From Candidatus Firestoneibacteriota bacterium (GTDB lineage Bacteria; Oederibacteriota; D2-FULL-39-29): 64,000 nt of DNA. Position 1 is the first letter of the stretch, and the number at the start of each line of letters is the position of its first letter. The DNA lies in assembly GCA_026388015.1 (NCBI GenBank), contig JAPLKO010000053.1:7352-71351 (forward strand), given 5' to 3'. The notes beneath the pieces were generated by a model, which saw only the letters and a list, made by a program, of their open reading frames with translations, did no database searches and was not told the DNA's origin. This document shows positions 47,608 through 58,444 of this stretch, piece by piece. The position numbers and the translations under genes were made by a program.

Positions 47608-49284
47608 ATGCGTAGTGATGCTATGAAGAAAGGCCTGGAAAAGGCGCCGCACCGTTCGCTTTTTAAGGCTTGCGGATACACAAATGAAGAGATTCAAAGG
47701 CCCATGATAGGTATCGTTAACTCCGCAAATGAGATAATTCCGGGGCACGTTCACCTTGATAAAATTACAGAGTCCGTAAAGAAAGGCGTTTTAATGGCAG
47801 GCGGGACGCCTATTGAGTTCGGAGTCATCGGGATTTGCGACGGTATAGCGATGAACCACGACGGAATGAAGTACTCCCTTCCGAGCCGCGAGGTTATTGC
47901 GGATTCTATTGAGTGCGAATGTATGGGACATCCTTTTGACGGGCTTGTCTTTGTACCGAATTGCGACAAGATAATTCCCGGAATGCTTATGGCGGCTGCA
48001 AGGTTAAATGTGCCTTCTATCTTTATTAGCGGCGGGCCTATGCTTGCGGGTGTAAGTAACGGAGTTAAGACGGACCTTGTGAAAGGAATGTTTGAAGGTG
48101 TCGGAAAAGTAAAAGCCGGCGAGATGACTATGGCAGAGCTGGACAAACTCGAAGATGTGGCGTGTCCGGGTTGCGGTTCATGCGCCGGAATGTTTACGGC
48201 TAATTCTATGAACTGCATAACAGAGGCTCTTGGTATGGGTCTTCCCGGTAACGGAACCATCCCTGCGGTTTACGCCGAAAGGTTACGGCTGGCGAAGTAT
48301 GCCGGTATGGAGATACTTGAGATAGTAAAGAAAAATATTAAGCCCCGCGATATTATGACGATGAAGGCGTTCGAAAATGCCATTACCGTTGATATGGCGT
48401 TTGGTGGTTCGTCTAACACTGCGCTTCACTTACTTGCGGTCGCTTCGGAGGCGGGAATAAATCTCGACCTGAAGAAGTTCGACGATATCAGTAAAAAAAC
48501 AAAATATATCTGCTCCTTATCTCCGGGCGGACCTCACTTCCTGGAAGATTTATATTTTGCAGGCGGGATCCCTGCGCTATTAAAAGTGTTGGCAGAGAAC
48601 AAAAGACTTCATCTAGACTGCAAGACTGTTTATGGAAAAAAGATAGGAGATGTGGTAAAAGGGGCAGAGGTGAAAAATTCAGATGTTGTGCGCCCCTGGA
48701 AAAACCCTTACAGACAAGAAGGTGGTATGGCAGTACTTTACGGGAATATTGCAAAAGGCGGATCTATAGTAAAACAGTCCGCTGTTTCCCCCGATATGAT
48801 GAAACATATAGGTTCTGCAAAGGTTTTCGACTCCGAGCAGAATACGATCAAAGCAATTCTCGGCGGCAAGATTGTTAAGGGTGATGTTATAGTCGTTCGT
48901 TATGAGGGACCGAGAGGCGGGCCGGGAATGCAGGAGATGCTTTCTCTCACCGCGGCGGTTGCCGGTATGAAAATTAAGGACGTTGCTTTGATTACTGACG
49001 GAAGATTTTCCGGCGGGACGAAAGGCGCCTCCATCGGACACATCTGTCCCGAAGCTGCAGACGGCGGCGAGATTGCAGTAATAAAAGACGGGGATATTAT
49101 AGAGATGGATATTCCAAACAGAGTACTTCGGGTAAAGCTTTCGGATAAAGAGCTGAAAGATCGGCTGGCAAAATGGGTAAAGCCGAAACCGAAAGTGACC
49201 TCCGGGTATTTGGCAAGATACGCAAAGATGGTCACCCCTTCAAATCAGGGGGCAATATTTAAGAAAGAGATTTGTGATTTATAA
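47608..49284 (+). CDS. ilvD: Dihydroxy-acid dehydratase
   Basis: [16 protein letters not shown] Fe-S motif. Length is 558 aa. Confidence 0.92.
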   Translation: MRSDAMKKGLEKAPHRSLFKACGYTNEEIQRPMIGIVNSANEIIPGHVHLDKITESVKKGVLMAGGTPIEFGVIGICDGIAMNHDGMKYSLPSREVIADSIECECMGHPFDGLVFVPNCDKIIPGMLMAAARLNVPSIFISGGPMLAGVSNGVKTDLVKGMFEGVGKVKAGEMTMAELDKLEDVACPGCGSCAGMFTANSMNCITEALGMGLPGNGTIPAVYAERLRLAKYAGMEILEIVKKNIKPRDIMTMKAFENAITVDMAFGGSSNTALHLLAVASEAGINLDLKKFDDISKKTKYICSLSPGGPHFLEDLYFAGGIPALLKVLAENKRLHLDCKTVYGKKIGDVVKGAEVKNSDVVRPWKNPYRQEGGMAVLYGNIAKGGSIVKQSAVSPDMMKHIGSAKVFDSEQNTIKAILGGKIVKGDVIVVRYEGPRGGPGMQEMLSLTAAVAGMKIKDVALITDGRFSGGTKGASIGHICPEAADGGEIAVIKDGDIIEMDIPNRVLRVKLSDKELKDRLAKWVKPKPKVTSGYLARYAKMVTPSNQGAIFKKEICDL

Positions 49285-49329
49285 AAAAAATTATTTTATT
49301 CCGCATAAGTGCGGGACAGGGAGCTTAAA

Positions 49330-51018
49330 ATGAAGAAAAAAGGTGCAGAAATATTAATAGAATGTCTGGAAAGAGAAGGCGTTGATATTGTTTGGGGAAT
49401 ACCCGGAGGACAGGCCATCCCTATCTTTGATGCGCTTTTTGACAGCAAAAAAATAAAGTTAGTGCTGACAAGACACGAACAGGGCGCAGCTCATATGGCT
49501 GACGGTTATGCAAGGGCTACGGGAAAGATCGGGGTTTGCGTGGCTACTTCGGGACCCGGGGCTACGAATTTGGTGACCGGACTTGCAACTGCATATATGG
49601 ATTCCATTCCCATGATTGCAATTACGGCGCAGGTACCGACGAAGCTTATAGGTAACGATGCTTTTCAGGAAGCGGATGTTGTGGGTATTACTCGACCGAT
49701 TACAAAACATAATTATCTGGTAAAAGATGTCAAAGAGCTGGCAAGAACCGTCAGAGAGGCTTTTCATATTGCGACTACAGGAAGAAAGGGTCCGGTTCTT
49801 ATAGACCTTCCGTCGGATGTGGCAAAGACGGAAACCGAATTTGAATGGCCGGATAAAATTGTAATGAAGAATTACAGCCCTAATTATAAAGGTAATCCAA
49901 GCCAGATAAAAAAAGCAGCCGAAGAGATAAGTAATTCAAAAAAACCGTTTATTTATGCGGGCGGCGGTATACTTTCTTCCGGAGCGAGTAAGGAGTTGAA
50001 AGCTTTTGCCGAAAAAACCGGCGCTCCCGTCGGACTTACTATGCTTGGCCTGGGATGTTTTCCGGGAACGCACAGCCAGTTTGTGGGGATGCTTGGCATG
50101 CACGGAACCAGGGCTTCTAATCTGGCAATGAACGAGTCTGATCTTATTGTTGCTGTCGGAGCAAGATTTGACGATAGGGTTACCGGCAATCTTGCGCATT
50201 TTGCAAAAAAGGCAAAGATAATTCATATTGATATAGACCCGTCTTCTATCAGCAAAAGTGTTAAGGCGGATATTCCTATTGTAGGAGATGCGAAGAGCGT
50301 GCTTCCGGAACTCACCAAACAGGTCCTTCAAAGGAAACATTCCGAGTGGTGGGCCAAAATAGGCGAATGGCAGAAAAGTTTCCCTCTTCTTTATTCAAGA
50401 AAAGGCGCTCTTAAGCCACAGTATGTTATTGAGCAGATTTATGAAATGACCAAAGGCAAGGCGATAATCGTGACGGAAGTAGGCCAACATCAGATGTGGG
50501 CCGCACAATTCTATAAATACGACGCACCCAGGACATTTATCTCGTCCGGCGGACTCGGGACAATGGGGTTCGGACTCCCTGCTTCTATAGGCTCTCAGTT
50601 TGGAAAGCCGAATTCGCTCGTTTTTGATATTTCCGGAGACGGCTCTATTCAGATGAATATTCAGGAACTTATTATTGCGGTAGAGCATAAACTACCGATT
50701 AAAATAGTAATATTGAACAACGGCTATCTGGGGATGGTTCGTCAATGGCAGCAGCTTTTTTGGAAAAAGCGCTACTCGGGAGTGGATCTTTCTATACAGC
50801 CCGATTTTGTTAAACTTGCAGAGGCCTACGGCGCAGTCGGCATGAGAGTTACCAAAGAAGAAGAAGTGAAAGAAGCTCTTGAAAAGGCTATTAAAATTAC
50901 CGACAGACCGACGTTGATTGATTTTAAGGTTGCCCCGGAAGAAAATGTGCTCCCCATGGTGCCTGCAGGCGCAGCTATAACAGAAGCGATAGATTACAAG
51001 GATGTGGAACTAGCATAA
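49330..51018 (+). CDS. ilvB: Acetolactate synthase large subunit (TPP-dependent). The ORF track starts at 49309.
   Basis: TPP-enzyme N-terminus GAEILIECLEREGVDIVWGIPGG. TPP-binding region GDGSIQMNIQEL...NNGYLGMVRQWQ. Confidence 0.9.
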   Translation: MKKKGAEILIECLEREGVDIVWGIPGGQAIPIFDALFDSKKIKLVLTRHEQGAAHMADGYARATGKIGVCVATSGPGATNLVTGLATAYMDSIPMIAITAQVPTKLIGNDAFQEADVVGITRPITKHNYLVKDVKELARTVREAFHIATTGRKGPVLIDLPSDVAKTETEFEWPDKIVMKNYSPNYKGNPSQIKKAAEEISNSKKPFIYAGGGILSSGASKELKAFAEKTGAPVGLTMLGLGCFPGTHSQFVGMLGMHGTRASNLAMNESDLIVAVGARFDDRVTGNLAHFAKKAKIIHIDIDPSSISKSVKADIPIVGDAKSVLPELTKQVLQRKHSEWWAKIGEWQKSFPLLYSRKGALKPQYVIEQIYEMTKGKAIIVTEVGQHQMWAAQFYKYDAPRTFISSGGLGTMGFGLPASIGSQFGKPNSLVFDISGDGSIQMNIQELIIAVEHKLPIKIVILNNGYLGMVRQWQQLFWKKRYSGVDLSIQPDFVKLAEAYGAVGMRVTKEEEVKEALEKAIKITDRPTLIDFKVAPEENVLPMVPAGAAITEAIDYKDVELA

Positions 51019-51152
51019 TTGCTTTGCAGCGGGGATCATCCCGTAAAAAAGGCAGCAAACAGGGTTTGAAAAAGTAAACAGAGCTGCCAAAAGGCGTACA
51101 TTAGATTACGGAAATATGAAACATGATTTACTAACTGGATAAGGAGAAAAAT

Positions 51153-51656
51153 ATGAAACATACAATATCGGTATTGGTAGAGAATAAGCCGGGGGTGCTG
51201 GCGCGGGTAGTGGGGCTGTTTTCCGGCAGGGGCTTTAATATAGAGAGTTTGACCGTCGGGGAGACGGAGGATGTTTGTGTCTCCAGGATGACCATTGTGG
51301 TCGGCGGGGATGATATGATTTTGGAGCAGGTGAGCAAGCAGCTTAACAAGCTTGTCGATATAATAAAAGTAATAGATATGACTGAAAAGCAGTTCATTAA
51401 TCGCGAGCTTGCGCTTATCAAGGTGGCAGTTAACTCCGGAAACCGCGGAGAGGTAATACAGGTGGTAAACATTTTTCGGGGAAAGGTTGTAGACATAAGT
51501 TCTAAAACCTTTACCGTAGAAGTGACAGGCTCCGACGACAAGATAAATGCACTTATAGAGATCCTGTTGCCTTTTGGAATCAAAGAGATGGTGCGCACCG
51601 GCGCCGTAGCAATAAATCGCGAATGGCAGAAAGAAGAAACCAAGAAAAATAAATAA
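51153..51656 (+). CDS. ilvN: Acetolactate synthase small (regulatory) subunit, ACT domain
   Basis: MKHTISVLVENKPGVLARVVGLFSGRGFNIESLTV ACT signature. Confidence 0.9.
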   Translation: MKHTISVLVENKPGVLARVVGLFSGRGFNIESLTVGETEDVCVSRMTIVVGGDDMILEQVSKQLNKLVDIIKVIDMTEKQFINRELALIKVAVNSGNRGEVIQVVNIFRGKVVDISSKTFTVEVTGSDDKINALIEILLPFGIKEMVRTGAVAINREWQKEETKKNK

Positions 51657-51841
51657 AATAATATCACTTTTCGGCAGAGCCGGTTATCCGGAGCGTTATA
51701 TTTACCTTTGTTTTACAAGTGTTTACAGAAACAAAGTGCTGGCTTGCGTCGGGCCTGTAGTATAAATGGCTAGAAGTATAATTTTAAAAAGTGTATAATA
51801 AAATTAATATAAGCTTAAGCACAGAAATCAAAGGGGGCTAT

Positions 51842-52750
51842 ATGAAAAGAACAATAGTTGCGGTATTTGCTCTTGTTTTATTGTTTTCAGCGGGTTTTCC
51901 TGCGGCATCAAGATTCCAAACGGAGCTTCAAAAAAAAGCAGATGCATTTTCTTCCGAAAGACCGCTCTTGCTCCTGGCCTTCGATACGACAAGAGAAAAA
52001 AAAGAAGAATATACAACTGAAGTTTTTATACCTGATACGTCTTTTATGGGGAAAGTAAAAAAGTTTTTTACAAGAAAAGATTCGGGAAAATACAAAACCG
52101 AGACCATTATAAGAGATGTAAAAGTAACAGACCGGCTTAAGCTCTATAGCGAGAGTAAAAGAAAAATGCTGGAGGTGCTGGAGGTTTCCCCATCGGATAT
52201 TTATGTAAAAAGCAAGCGCATTTTTGACGGCGGTGACTTCTGGGATATAAAAAGAAAGGCAGGAAGCTCTATTGGTAAGATTAGCGTTGATTTTATTGCA
52301 GCAAGCGTTCTTCCGGACTGGTATTATATGCATAAAAAATATATTAAAGACGCCATGGAAATTGAAGAAAAGGTTGATGGAGTGACTTACAGGCTTATCA
52401 AAGGAAAAATGCGGTATTACATTAACAAAGACACTTGTCTGCCGGCGATAATTGAGTATGACGCCACGGAAAAGGAAAAAAAGGTGGTTAATAAAGTAGT
52501 TTTTGGCCCGGGCACTTTTAAACAGGGCAAGAGTGATATAGTAAGTAAAGTGTCTGTCTACAAAAACAACAAGCTGATCAAGAAGTACAATGTTTCGGTT
52601 CTAAATACGGTCGAGATGCTCAAAGACCAGGTCTTTGATCCTGAAACGCAAACAAGAGAAGTCAACAGACCGACTCAAAAAAGAAAAGTACCCGGTGAAA
52701 AAACAAATGAAAAGGTAAAGGATGTAAGAGCGGAGGAAATAAAAGAATAA
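51842..52750 (+). CDS. Hypothetical secreted protein. The ORF track starts at 51791.
   Basis: Signal peptide MKRTIVAVFALVLLFSAGFPAA. No recognisable family. Confidence 0.45.
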   Translation: MKRTIVAVFALVLLFSAGFPAASRFQTELQKKADAFSSERPLLLLAFDTTREKKEEYTTEVFIPDTSFMGKVKKFFTRKDSGKYKTETIIRDVKVTDRLKLYSESKRKMLEVLEVSPSDIYVKSKRIFDGGDFWDIKRKAGSSIGKISVDFIAASVLPDWYYMHKKYIKDAMEIEEKVDGVTYRLIKGKMRYYINKDTCLPAIIEYDATEKEKKVVNKVVFGPGTFKQGKSDIVSKVSVYKNNKLIKKYNVSVLNTVEMLKDQVFDPETQTREVNRPTQKRKVPGEKTNEKVKDVRAEEIKE

Positions 52751-52775
52751 CAAGGCTGCGCAAATAAAGATGTTA

Positions 52776-52805
52776 AGAGCGGCAGTTCTTGCCGCTCTTT
52801 TTTTA
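52776..52805 (+). terminator. Rho-independent terminator: AGAGCGGCA-GTTCT-TGCCGCTCT then TTTTTTT
   Basis: Perfect 9-bp stem plus U-run, read directly. Confidence 0.85.
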
Positions 52806-52957
52806 CCTGAAATAATTAGGGAAATAGTGCAGCCATAAAAAAAGCCTAAATTTAAAGGCCCGCCCTAGCTTCCTTTGTCCTTGCGCGGACAATATCAATT
52901 TTCGTATTGACTTACTGTGTTTTATAAGGTAAAATATTCGTTTTATAAGGCAAAAAT

Positions 52958-53482
52958 ATGATTTTAGATATAAGTAAGCAAAAAGAAGGAATTTCCTGTT
53001 TTGATATTATTGAACCTGCTGCAAAGCTTGGATTAATTGACACAGATGAACTCAAATATATAGGTCCCGTTAAAGCTAATATAGAATTTAATAATTTGGT
53101 GGAAAAATTTGCGGTAAAAGGTCGGGCAAAAGCCGGTTATGAAACTGTTTGCGCCCGTTGCGGCAAAGCTTTTAAAGGGATGCTTAACGTAGAGTTTGAT
53201 TATAAGTATTTAAAAAACACCTCTACTGAAAATGGACAGATAAATAAAGCCGGCCTTGACGAAGAACGCCTAAAAGGAAATGAATTGAATCTTGGCGAAG
53301 ACATAAGGCAGGCTGTTTTACTTGAGATTTCTGAAAAAACTGTTTGCCAAGAAAAATGCAAAGGTCTCTGCCCGGGTTGCGGCAAGAACCTGAATGAATC
53401 AAATTGTTCCTGTAAAGAGGGAAATAAGGCCCCCTTCGCAGACTTAAAGAAGCTTTTAAGAGAAAAGAAAGGAAAAAGGTAA
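52958..53482 (+). CDS. yceD: YceD/DUF177-family protein (23S rRNA accumulation protein)
   Basis: C-terminal CxxC...CxxC (CPGCGKNL...CSCK). It sits in the conserved position immediately upstream of rpmF. Confidence 0.7.
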   Translation: MILDISKQKEGISCFDIIEPAAKLGLIDTDELKYIGPVKANIEFNNLVEKFAVKGRAKAGYETVCARCGKAFKGMLNVEFDYKYLKNTSTENGQINKAGLDEERLKGNELNLGEDIRQAVLLEISEKTVCQEKCKGLCPGCGKNLNESNCSCKEGNKAPFADLKKLLREKKGKR

Positions 53483-53492
53483 GGAGGAAATT

Positions 53493-53666
53493 ATGGCAAA
53501 TCCAAAGAGAAGATTTTCTGCATCAAGAAGGGATCACAGAAGGTCCCAGTGGAAATTAAAAAGTCCGGGTTTATCTGTTTGCCCGCAATGCAAACAAAGC
53601 AAGCTCCCTCACAGGGTTTGTGAAAATTGCGGTTATTACGGAAAAAAAGAAGTATTGGATGTCTAG
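53493..53666 (+). CDS. rpmF: 50S ribosomal protein L32. Below the ORF-track size cut-off.
   Basis: MANPKRRFSASRRDHRRSQWKLKSPGLSVCPQCKQSKLPHRVCENCGYYGKKEVLDV. AGGAGG RBS. Conserved rpmF-plsX context. Confidence 0.9.
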   Translation: MANPKRRFSASRRDHRRSQWKLKSPGLSVCPQCKQSKLPHRVCENCGYYGKKEVLDV

Positions 53667-53705
53667 CCGCAGTCCTCGTTTTATTGAGGAAGTCCGGAAG
53701 ATTAT

Positions 53706-54716
53706 ATGAAAATAGCGCTGGATGCAATGGGTGGTGACAATGCGCCGGAAATAGAAGTTGAAGGCGCAGTTTTAGCCGCAAAAGAATTCGGTATTGAAGT
53801 CATTCTCGTCGGGGACAAACTCAGAATAGAGACCGAATTGCTGAAACACAAGACCAAAGACCTGCCAATTTCTATTGTGCATGCCTCGGAAGTTATTGGC
53901 ATGCATGAGTCTCCCGCTGAAGCATACAAACAAAAGAAAGATTCATCAATTGTTGTCGGCATGAAACTTGTTAAAGAGAAAAAGGCGGATGCTTTGATAT
54001 CGGCCGGCAATACCGGCGCAGTGATGGCGGCCGCGCTCTTTGAACTGGGAAGAATTAAAGGCGTTGCTCGTCCGGCGTTATGCACTTTTTTCCCGTCCCA
54101 AAGAGGACGGGCTCTATTCTTAGATGCCGGCGCAAATGCGGATTGCAAACCGAAACACCTGCAACAGTTTGCAGTCATGGCTTCGGTATATTTTAAATAT
54201 TTTGAAAAAGTGGAAAGCCCGAGGGTCGGTCTGCTCAGTATAGGGGAAGAAGAAACAAAGGGCAATGAACTTACAATAGAAGCAGCTAAGCTGATAAAAA
54301 CAACAAACCTAAATTTCATAGGAAATATAGAAGGCCGGGATATTCTTTCGGACAAGGCAGATATTATTGTTTGCGATGGTTTTGTAGGAAATATAGTTTT
54401 AAAGTTTGCCGAAAGTCTAGCCAGAAATTTCTTTAAAATATTAAAACATGAAGTCTCGGACAAAGGAATATTTATTTCTATAGGAGCCTTGCTGTTGAAG
54501 CCGGTCTTTAAAGGTATAATAAAAAAGACGGATTATGCGGAATATGGCAGCGCTCCGCTCCTCGGTATTAACGGTTACGTTTTTGTCGGTCATGGTAGTT
54601 CGAATGCAAAAGCAGTAAAAAATTCTTTTAAGACAGCTTCAAGAACCATAGACAGAAGTGTGCATATGCATATTGCCGAAGAAATTAGTAAACTTGGATA
54701 TAATGAAACGGAGTAA
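53706..54716 (+). CDS. plsX: Phosphate acyltransferase
   Basis: MKIALDAMGGDNAPE N-terminus. Length is 336 aa. Confidence 0.92.
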   Translation: MKIALDAMGGDNAPEIEVEGAVLAAKEFGIEVILVGDKLRIETELLKHKTKDLPISIVHASEVIGMHESPAEAYKQKKDSSIVVGMKLVKEKKADALISAGNTGAVMAAALFELGRIKGVARPALCTFFPSQRGRALFLDAGANADCKPKHLQQFAVMASVYFKYFEKVESPRVGLLSIGEEETKGNELTIEAAKLIKTTNLNFIGNIEGRDILSDKADIIVCDGFVGNIVLKFAESLARNFFKILKHEVSDKGIFISIGALLLKPVFKGIIKKTDYAEYGSAPLLGINGYVFVGHGSSNAKAVKNSFKTASRTIDRSVHMHIAEEISKLGYNETE

Positions 54717-54718
54717 AA

Positions 54719-55711
54719 ATGTCAAATATTTCTGCTAAGATAATAGGAGCCGGCTTTGGTGTTCCTGAAAAAATACTAACCAATAAAGACCTGGAAAAAC
54801 TTGTCGATACGTCTGATGAGTGGATTAAAAGCCGTACCGGCATGTCAGAGCGCCACATTGCTGATGCTAATACGGCGACCTCAGATTTAGCAACTATAGC
54901 TGCCTTAAGAGCTCTTGAAACGGCAAAAATATCGGCTGAAGAGCTTGATGTAATAATTGTAGGAACAGTTACAGGCGATATGTTTTTCCCATCCACAGCG
55001 TGTTTTGTCCAAAACAACATTAAAGCCGTTAAAGCCGCCGCTTTTGATTTAAGCGCAGCTTGTTCGGGTTTTATCTACGGGCTTTCTGTAGCCAAGGCTA
55101 TGATAGCCGCCGGCGAGGCAAAAACTATTCTTGTAATTGGCGCTGACTGTCTTTCAAAACTTACCGATTGGACGGACCGGAACACCTGTGTTTTATTTGG
55201 GGATGGCGCCGGGGCCGTAATATTACAGGCCACAGAAGAAGCGGCAGGTATACTCTCTACATATATATTCTCTGATGCTTCAAAGACGCATCTTTTACAG
55301 GTTCCAGGAGGAGGCTCGAGAAAGCCTTTCTCGGAAGAAGTATTAAAAGATAAATCCAATTATATTAAGATGGAAGGTAATGAAATATTCAAAAATGCCG
55401 TAAAAGGGATGGAGCGCGCTATTGATTCCGCTCTTGCAAAAGCAGGATTAAAATATGAGGATGTGTCTCTAGTAATACCTCATCAGGCAAATATTAGAAT
55501 AATAGAGTCAATAGCAAAGAGAATGAAGCTGCCTGCCGAAAAGGTCTTTATTAATCTTGATAAGTACGGTAACACCTCTTCTGCTTCAATACCGATTGCT
55601 ATTTCCGAGGCCTATGCGACAGGAAGACTTAAAAAAGGCGACATCCTTGTCATAACAGCGTTTGGAGGCGGCTTGACGATGGGTGCGTCCGTTATAAGGT
55701 GGTCTATATGA
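54719..55711 (+). CDS. fabH: 3-oxoacyl-ACP synthase III
   Basis: Active-site Cys in AACSGF. C-terminal GNTSSAS. Confidence 0.92.
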   Translation: MSNISAKIIGAGFGVPEKILTNKDLEKLVDTSDEWIKSRTGMSERHIADANTATSDLATIAALRALETAKISAEELDVIIVGTVTGDMFFPSTACFVQNNIKAVKAAAFDLSAACSGFIYGLSVAKAMIAAGEAKTILVIGADCLSKLTDWTDRNTCVLFGDGAGAVILQATEEAAGILSTYIFSDASKTHLLQVPGGGSRKPFSEEVLKDKSNYIKMEGNEIFKNAVKGMERAIDSALAKAGLKYEDVSLVIPHQANIRIIESIAKRMKLPAEKVFINLDKYGNTSSASIPIAISEAYATGRLKKGDILVITAFGGGLTMGASVIRWSI

Positions 55712-56622
55712 AAACGGCATTTCTTTTTCCGGGACAGGGTTCTCAATACGTCGGCATGGGTATGGAGTTTTTCGGAAAATTTTCCAAGGCAAAGAGCATC
55801 TATGATGCTGCGGACACCGCGCTTGGCCTAAAAATTTCAGATATTTGTTTTCTTGGTCCCGAGGAGATATTAAAAAGTACGGAAAATGCCCAGCCTGCTA
55901 TACTTACTACCAGCATAGCGATACTGCAGGAAGTTCTACCTTTTGTAAAGCCAGATGTTGTTGCAGGACATTCTTTAGGGGAATATTCTGCTCTGGTTGC
56001 GGCCGGCGTTCTTGATTTTTCCGAAGCGGTAAAGCTGGTTAAAAAACGCGGAGATTTTATGAAAGCTGCTTCCGGCGGAACTATGGCGGCCATCTTAATG
56101 CTTCCGAGAGAAAAAGTTGAACAGCTTTGTAAAGATGCGTCACGGATAGGCCTTGTAGCTCCGGCTAACTATAACTCTCCCGGGCAGATTGCGGTCTCGG
56201 GGACTAAAGAGGGCGTAGAAGAAATGTGCAAATTAGCCAAGACGGCGGGAGGAAAGGCTATACCTCTTGCGGTAAGCGCGCCCTTCCACTCTACTTTGCT
56301 TACAAGTGTGCAGGCTAAACTTGCCTTAGAGCTGGCAAATGCAAAGCTGAATAATCCGGAAATAGGCTTTATTGCCAATGTAACTGCAGATTATGTAAAA
56401 GAGGCAAGCGCGGTGCGGGAACTTCTGGTTAAGCAGGCTGTTTCAAGCGTTCTCTGGGAAGATACGATAAACAGGATGATAAAAGACGGGGTTGACCTGT
56501 TTGTAGAGGTAGGTCCGGGAAAAGTACTTTCCGGACTTGTTAAAAAAATTAAGAAAGACGCTCGCATCTATAATATAGAAAATACCGACACTCTGGACAA
56601 ATTTAAGACCGAAGTAAAATAA
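55708..56622 (+). CDS. fabD: Malonyl-CoA:ACP transacylase. The start overlaps the fabH stop (ATATGA).
   Basis: FLFPGQGSQYVGMG and GHSLGEYSA motifs. Confidence 0.92.
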   Translation: MKTAFLFPGQGSQYVGMGMEFFGKFSKAKSIYDAADTALGLKISDICFLGPEEILKSTENAQPAILTTSIAILQEVLPFVKPDVVAGHSLGEYSALVAAGVLDFSEAVKLVKKRGDFMKAASGGTMAAILMLPREKVEQLCKDASRIGLVAPANYNSPGQIAVSGTKEGVEEMCKLAKTAGGKAIPLAVSAPFHSTLLTSVQAKLALELANAKLNNPEIGFIANVTADYVKEASAVRELLVKQAVSSVLWEDTINRMIKDGVDLFVEVGPGKVLSGLVKKIKKDARIYNIENTDTLDKFKTEVK

Positions 56623-56747
56623 ATATTGAGCCGGTTTCAAGCAGCCGCTAAGCAGAATGCGTTCAAAAATTAATTCCGCAATTCATCCTTGTTCTGTATA
56701 TTTTGATTTCCTCTTGACTTTAATTTTTAAAGTTATATAATTTATAA

Positions 56748-57641
56748 ATGATATATGAAGAAATAACTGCAAATAAAAGAAAGACCGTTGTTTTGTTAAT
56801 TGCTTTTATAGCGGTAATATTAGTCCTGGGTTACATCTTTGGTAAAACAGCGGGTTTTGGGCTTTTTGGAATGTTGTTTGCGGCAAGCATTTCTTTGATT
56901 ATGGCCTGGGGCAGTTATTACTACAGCGATAAAATAGTTCTTTCTATGTCCCATGCTGTTTTGGCGGATCCTAAGGACCATCTGTATTTAATTAATACCG
57001 TGGAAGGACTTTGCCTGGCAGGCGGGTTGCCGAAACCGCAGGTTTATGTAATCTATGACGAAGCGCCAAATGCTTTTGCTGCCGGCCGGGACCCCGGGCA
57101 CTCTGCGGTAGTTTTTACCAGCGGCTTAATAGAAAAGCTGAACCGGCAGGAGCTGGAAGGCGTTATAGCCCACGAACTCTCCCACATTAGAAATTATGAT
57201 ATTTTAATATCCACTATTTCTGTTGTACTGGTAGGTACGGTTACCTTGCTTTCTGACTGGATGCTTCGCAATGTAAAATGGTCCAGACTCGGGGGAAAAG
57301 GTAGGGGAGAGGGAGGCTACTTCGGGGCTGCGCTTCTTATAGTTTCCGCACTCCTTGCTGTCTTATCTCCTTTGATCGCTCAACTGATGCATTTTGCCGT
57401 TTCCAGAAGACGGGAGTATCAGGCTGATTCTTCCGCCGCATTATTGACCAGATATCCTCCGGGGCTCGCCGCAGCGCTTGAAAAAATAGCCAAAGACAAG
57501 GAGTCTCTCGAAGTTGCCAACAAAGCCACCGCGCATCTTTTTATTGTCAATCCCTTCAAAAATATTAAAGGTGGGGCGGGCAAGCTATTTGACACCCATC
57601 CACCGATAGAAGAAAGAATCAGGATACTAAGGGCTATGTAA
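56748..57641 (+). CDS. htpX: M48-family membrane zinc metalloprotease
   Basis: Two N-terminal TM helices. HELSHIRNYD contains the HExxH motif. Confidence 0.85.
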   Translation: MIYEEITANKRKTVVLLIAFIAVILVLGYIFGKTAGFGLFGMLFAASISLIMAWGSYYYSDKIVLSMSHAVLADPKDHLYLINTVEGLCLAGGLPKPQVYVIYDEAPNAFAAGRDPGHSAVVFTSGLIEKLNRQELEGVIAHELSHIRNYDILISTISVVLVGTVTLLSDWMLRNVKWSRLGGKGRGEGGYFGAALLIVSALLAVLSPLIAQLMHFAVSRRREYQADSSAALLTRYPPGLAAALEKIAKDKESLEVANKATAHLFIVNPFKNIKGGAGKLFDTHPPIEERIRILRAM

Positions 57642-57892
57642 TGCCGCTGTCAGTTGGTTTTCTTGAATTTCCGCAGAAGGTCTTAGTTAGCGCGGTGAGA
57701 GAAATATCAGGGCCGCCGAAAAAAATTCAAAATACGGCAAGACATTCATTTTTCCAGTTTTTTGTGTTATAATTATAAGGATTCATTGGCTTGCAATGGG
57801 TTTACAGGGGCCTTGTTTGTGATAATGGCGGGAGTTTTTAGAACTGCGAAGAGGTGTTTTGCTTTTATATTATTTGGTTGGGAGGGTTAAAT

Positions 57893-58444
57893 ATGAGTTT
57901 AATAGTCTTGCCGGTAATTCTTGCGATGATAATAGGTTTTGCCATTGTTGCCGTTTATAACGGTCTGGTGACACGGCGCAACAGATGTGAAAACGCCTGG
58001 GCACAGGTGGACGTGCAGCTTAAAAAAAGAGCGGACTTGGTACCGAATCTGGTCGAGACCGTTAAAGGTTATGCTTCACACGAAAAAGGCGTATTTGAGG
58101 CGGTAACAAAAGCAAGAGCTTCAATAATGTCCGCCGGCTCTGTGGCCGATATGCAGACTGCTCAAAACGGACTTACTGCCGCTTTAAAAAGCCTGTTTGC
58201 TGTTGTGGAGGCCTATCCGCAGCTAAAGGCGGACTCGCAGTTTATTTTGCTGCAGGAACAACTGGACGGAATAGAGAGCAAGATTGCCTATGCCAGACAG
58301 TTTTATAATGACGAAGTTCTGGGCTACTCCAATACACTTCAGGTTTTTCCGACCAACATCATAGCCGGTATGTTTAACTTCAAAGCCAAAGATTACTTCC
58401 AGGTTGCAGAAGCGGAGAAGGAACCGGTAAAAGTAAAATTCTAA
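57893..58444 (+). CDS. lemA: LemA-family protein. The ORF track starts at 57854.
   Basis: N-terminal TM plus the YNGLVTRRNRCENAWAQVDVQLKKRADLVPNLV LemA signature. Confidence 0.8.
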   Translation: MSLIVLPVILAMIIGFAIVAVYNGLVTRRNRCENAWAQVDVQLKKRADLVPNLVETVKGYASHEKGVFEAVTKARASIMSAGSVADMQTAQNGLTAALKSLFAVVEAYPQLKADSQFILLQEQLDGIESKIAYARQFYNDEVLGYSNTLQVFPTNIIAGMFNFKAKDYFQVAEAEKEPVKVKF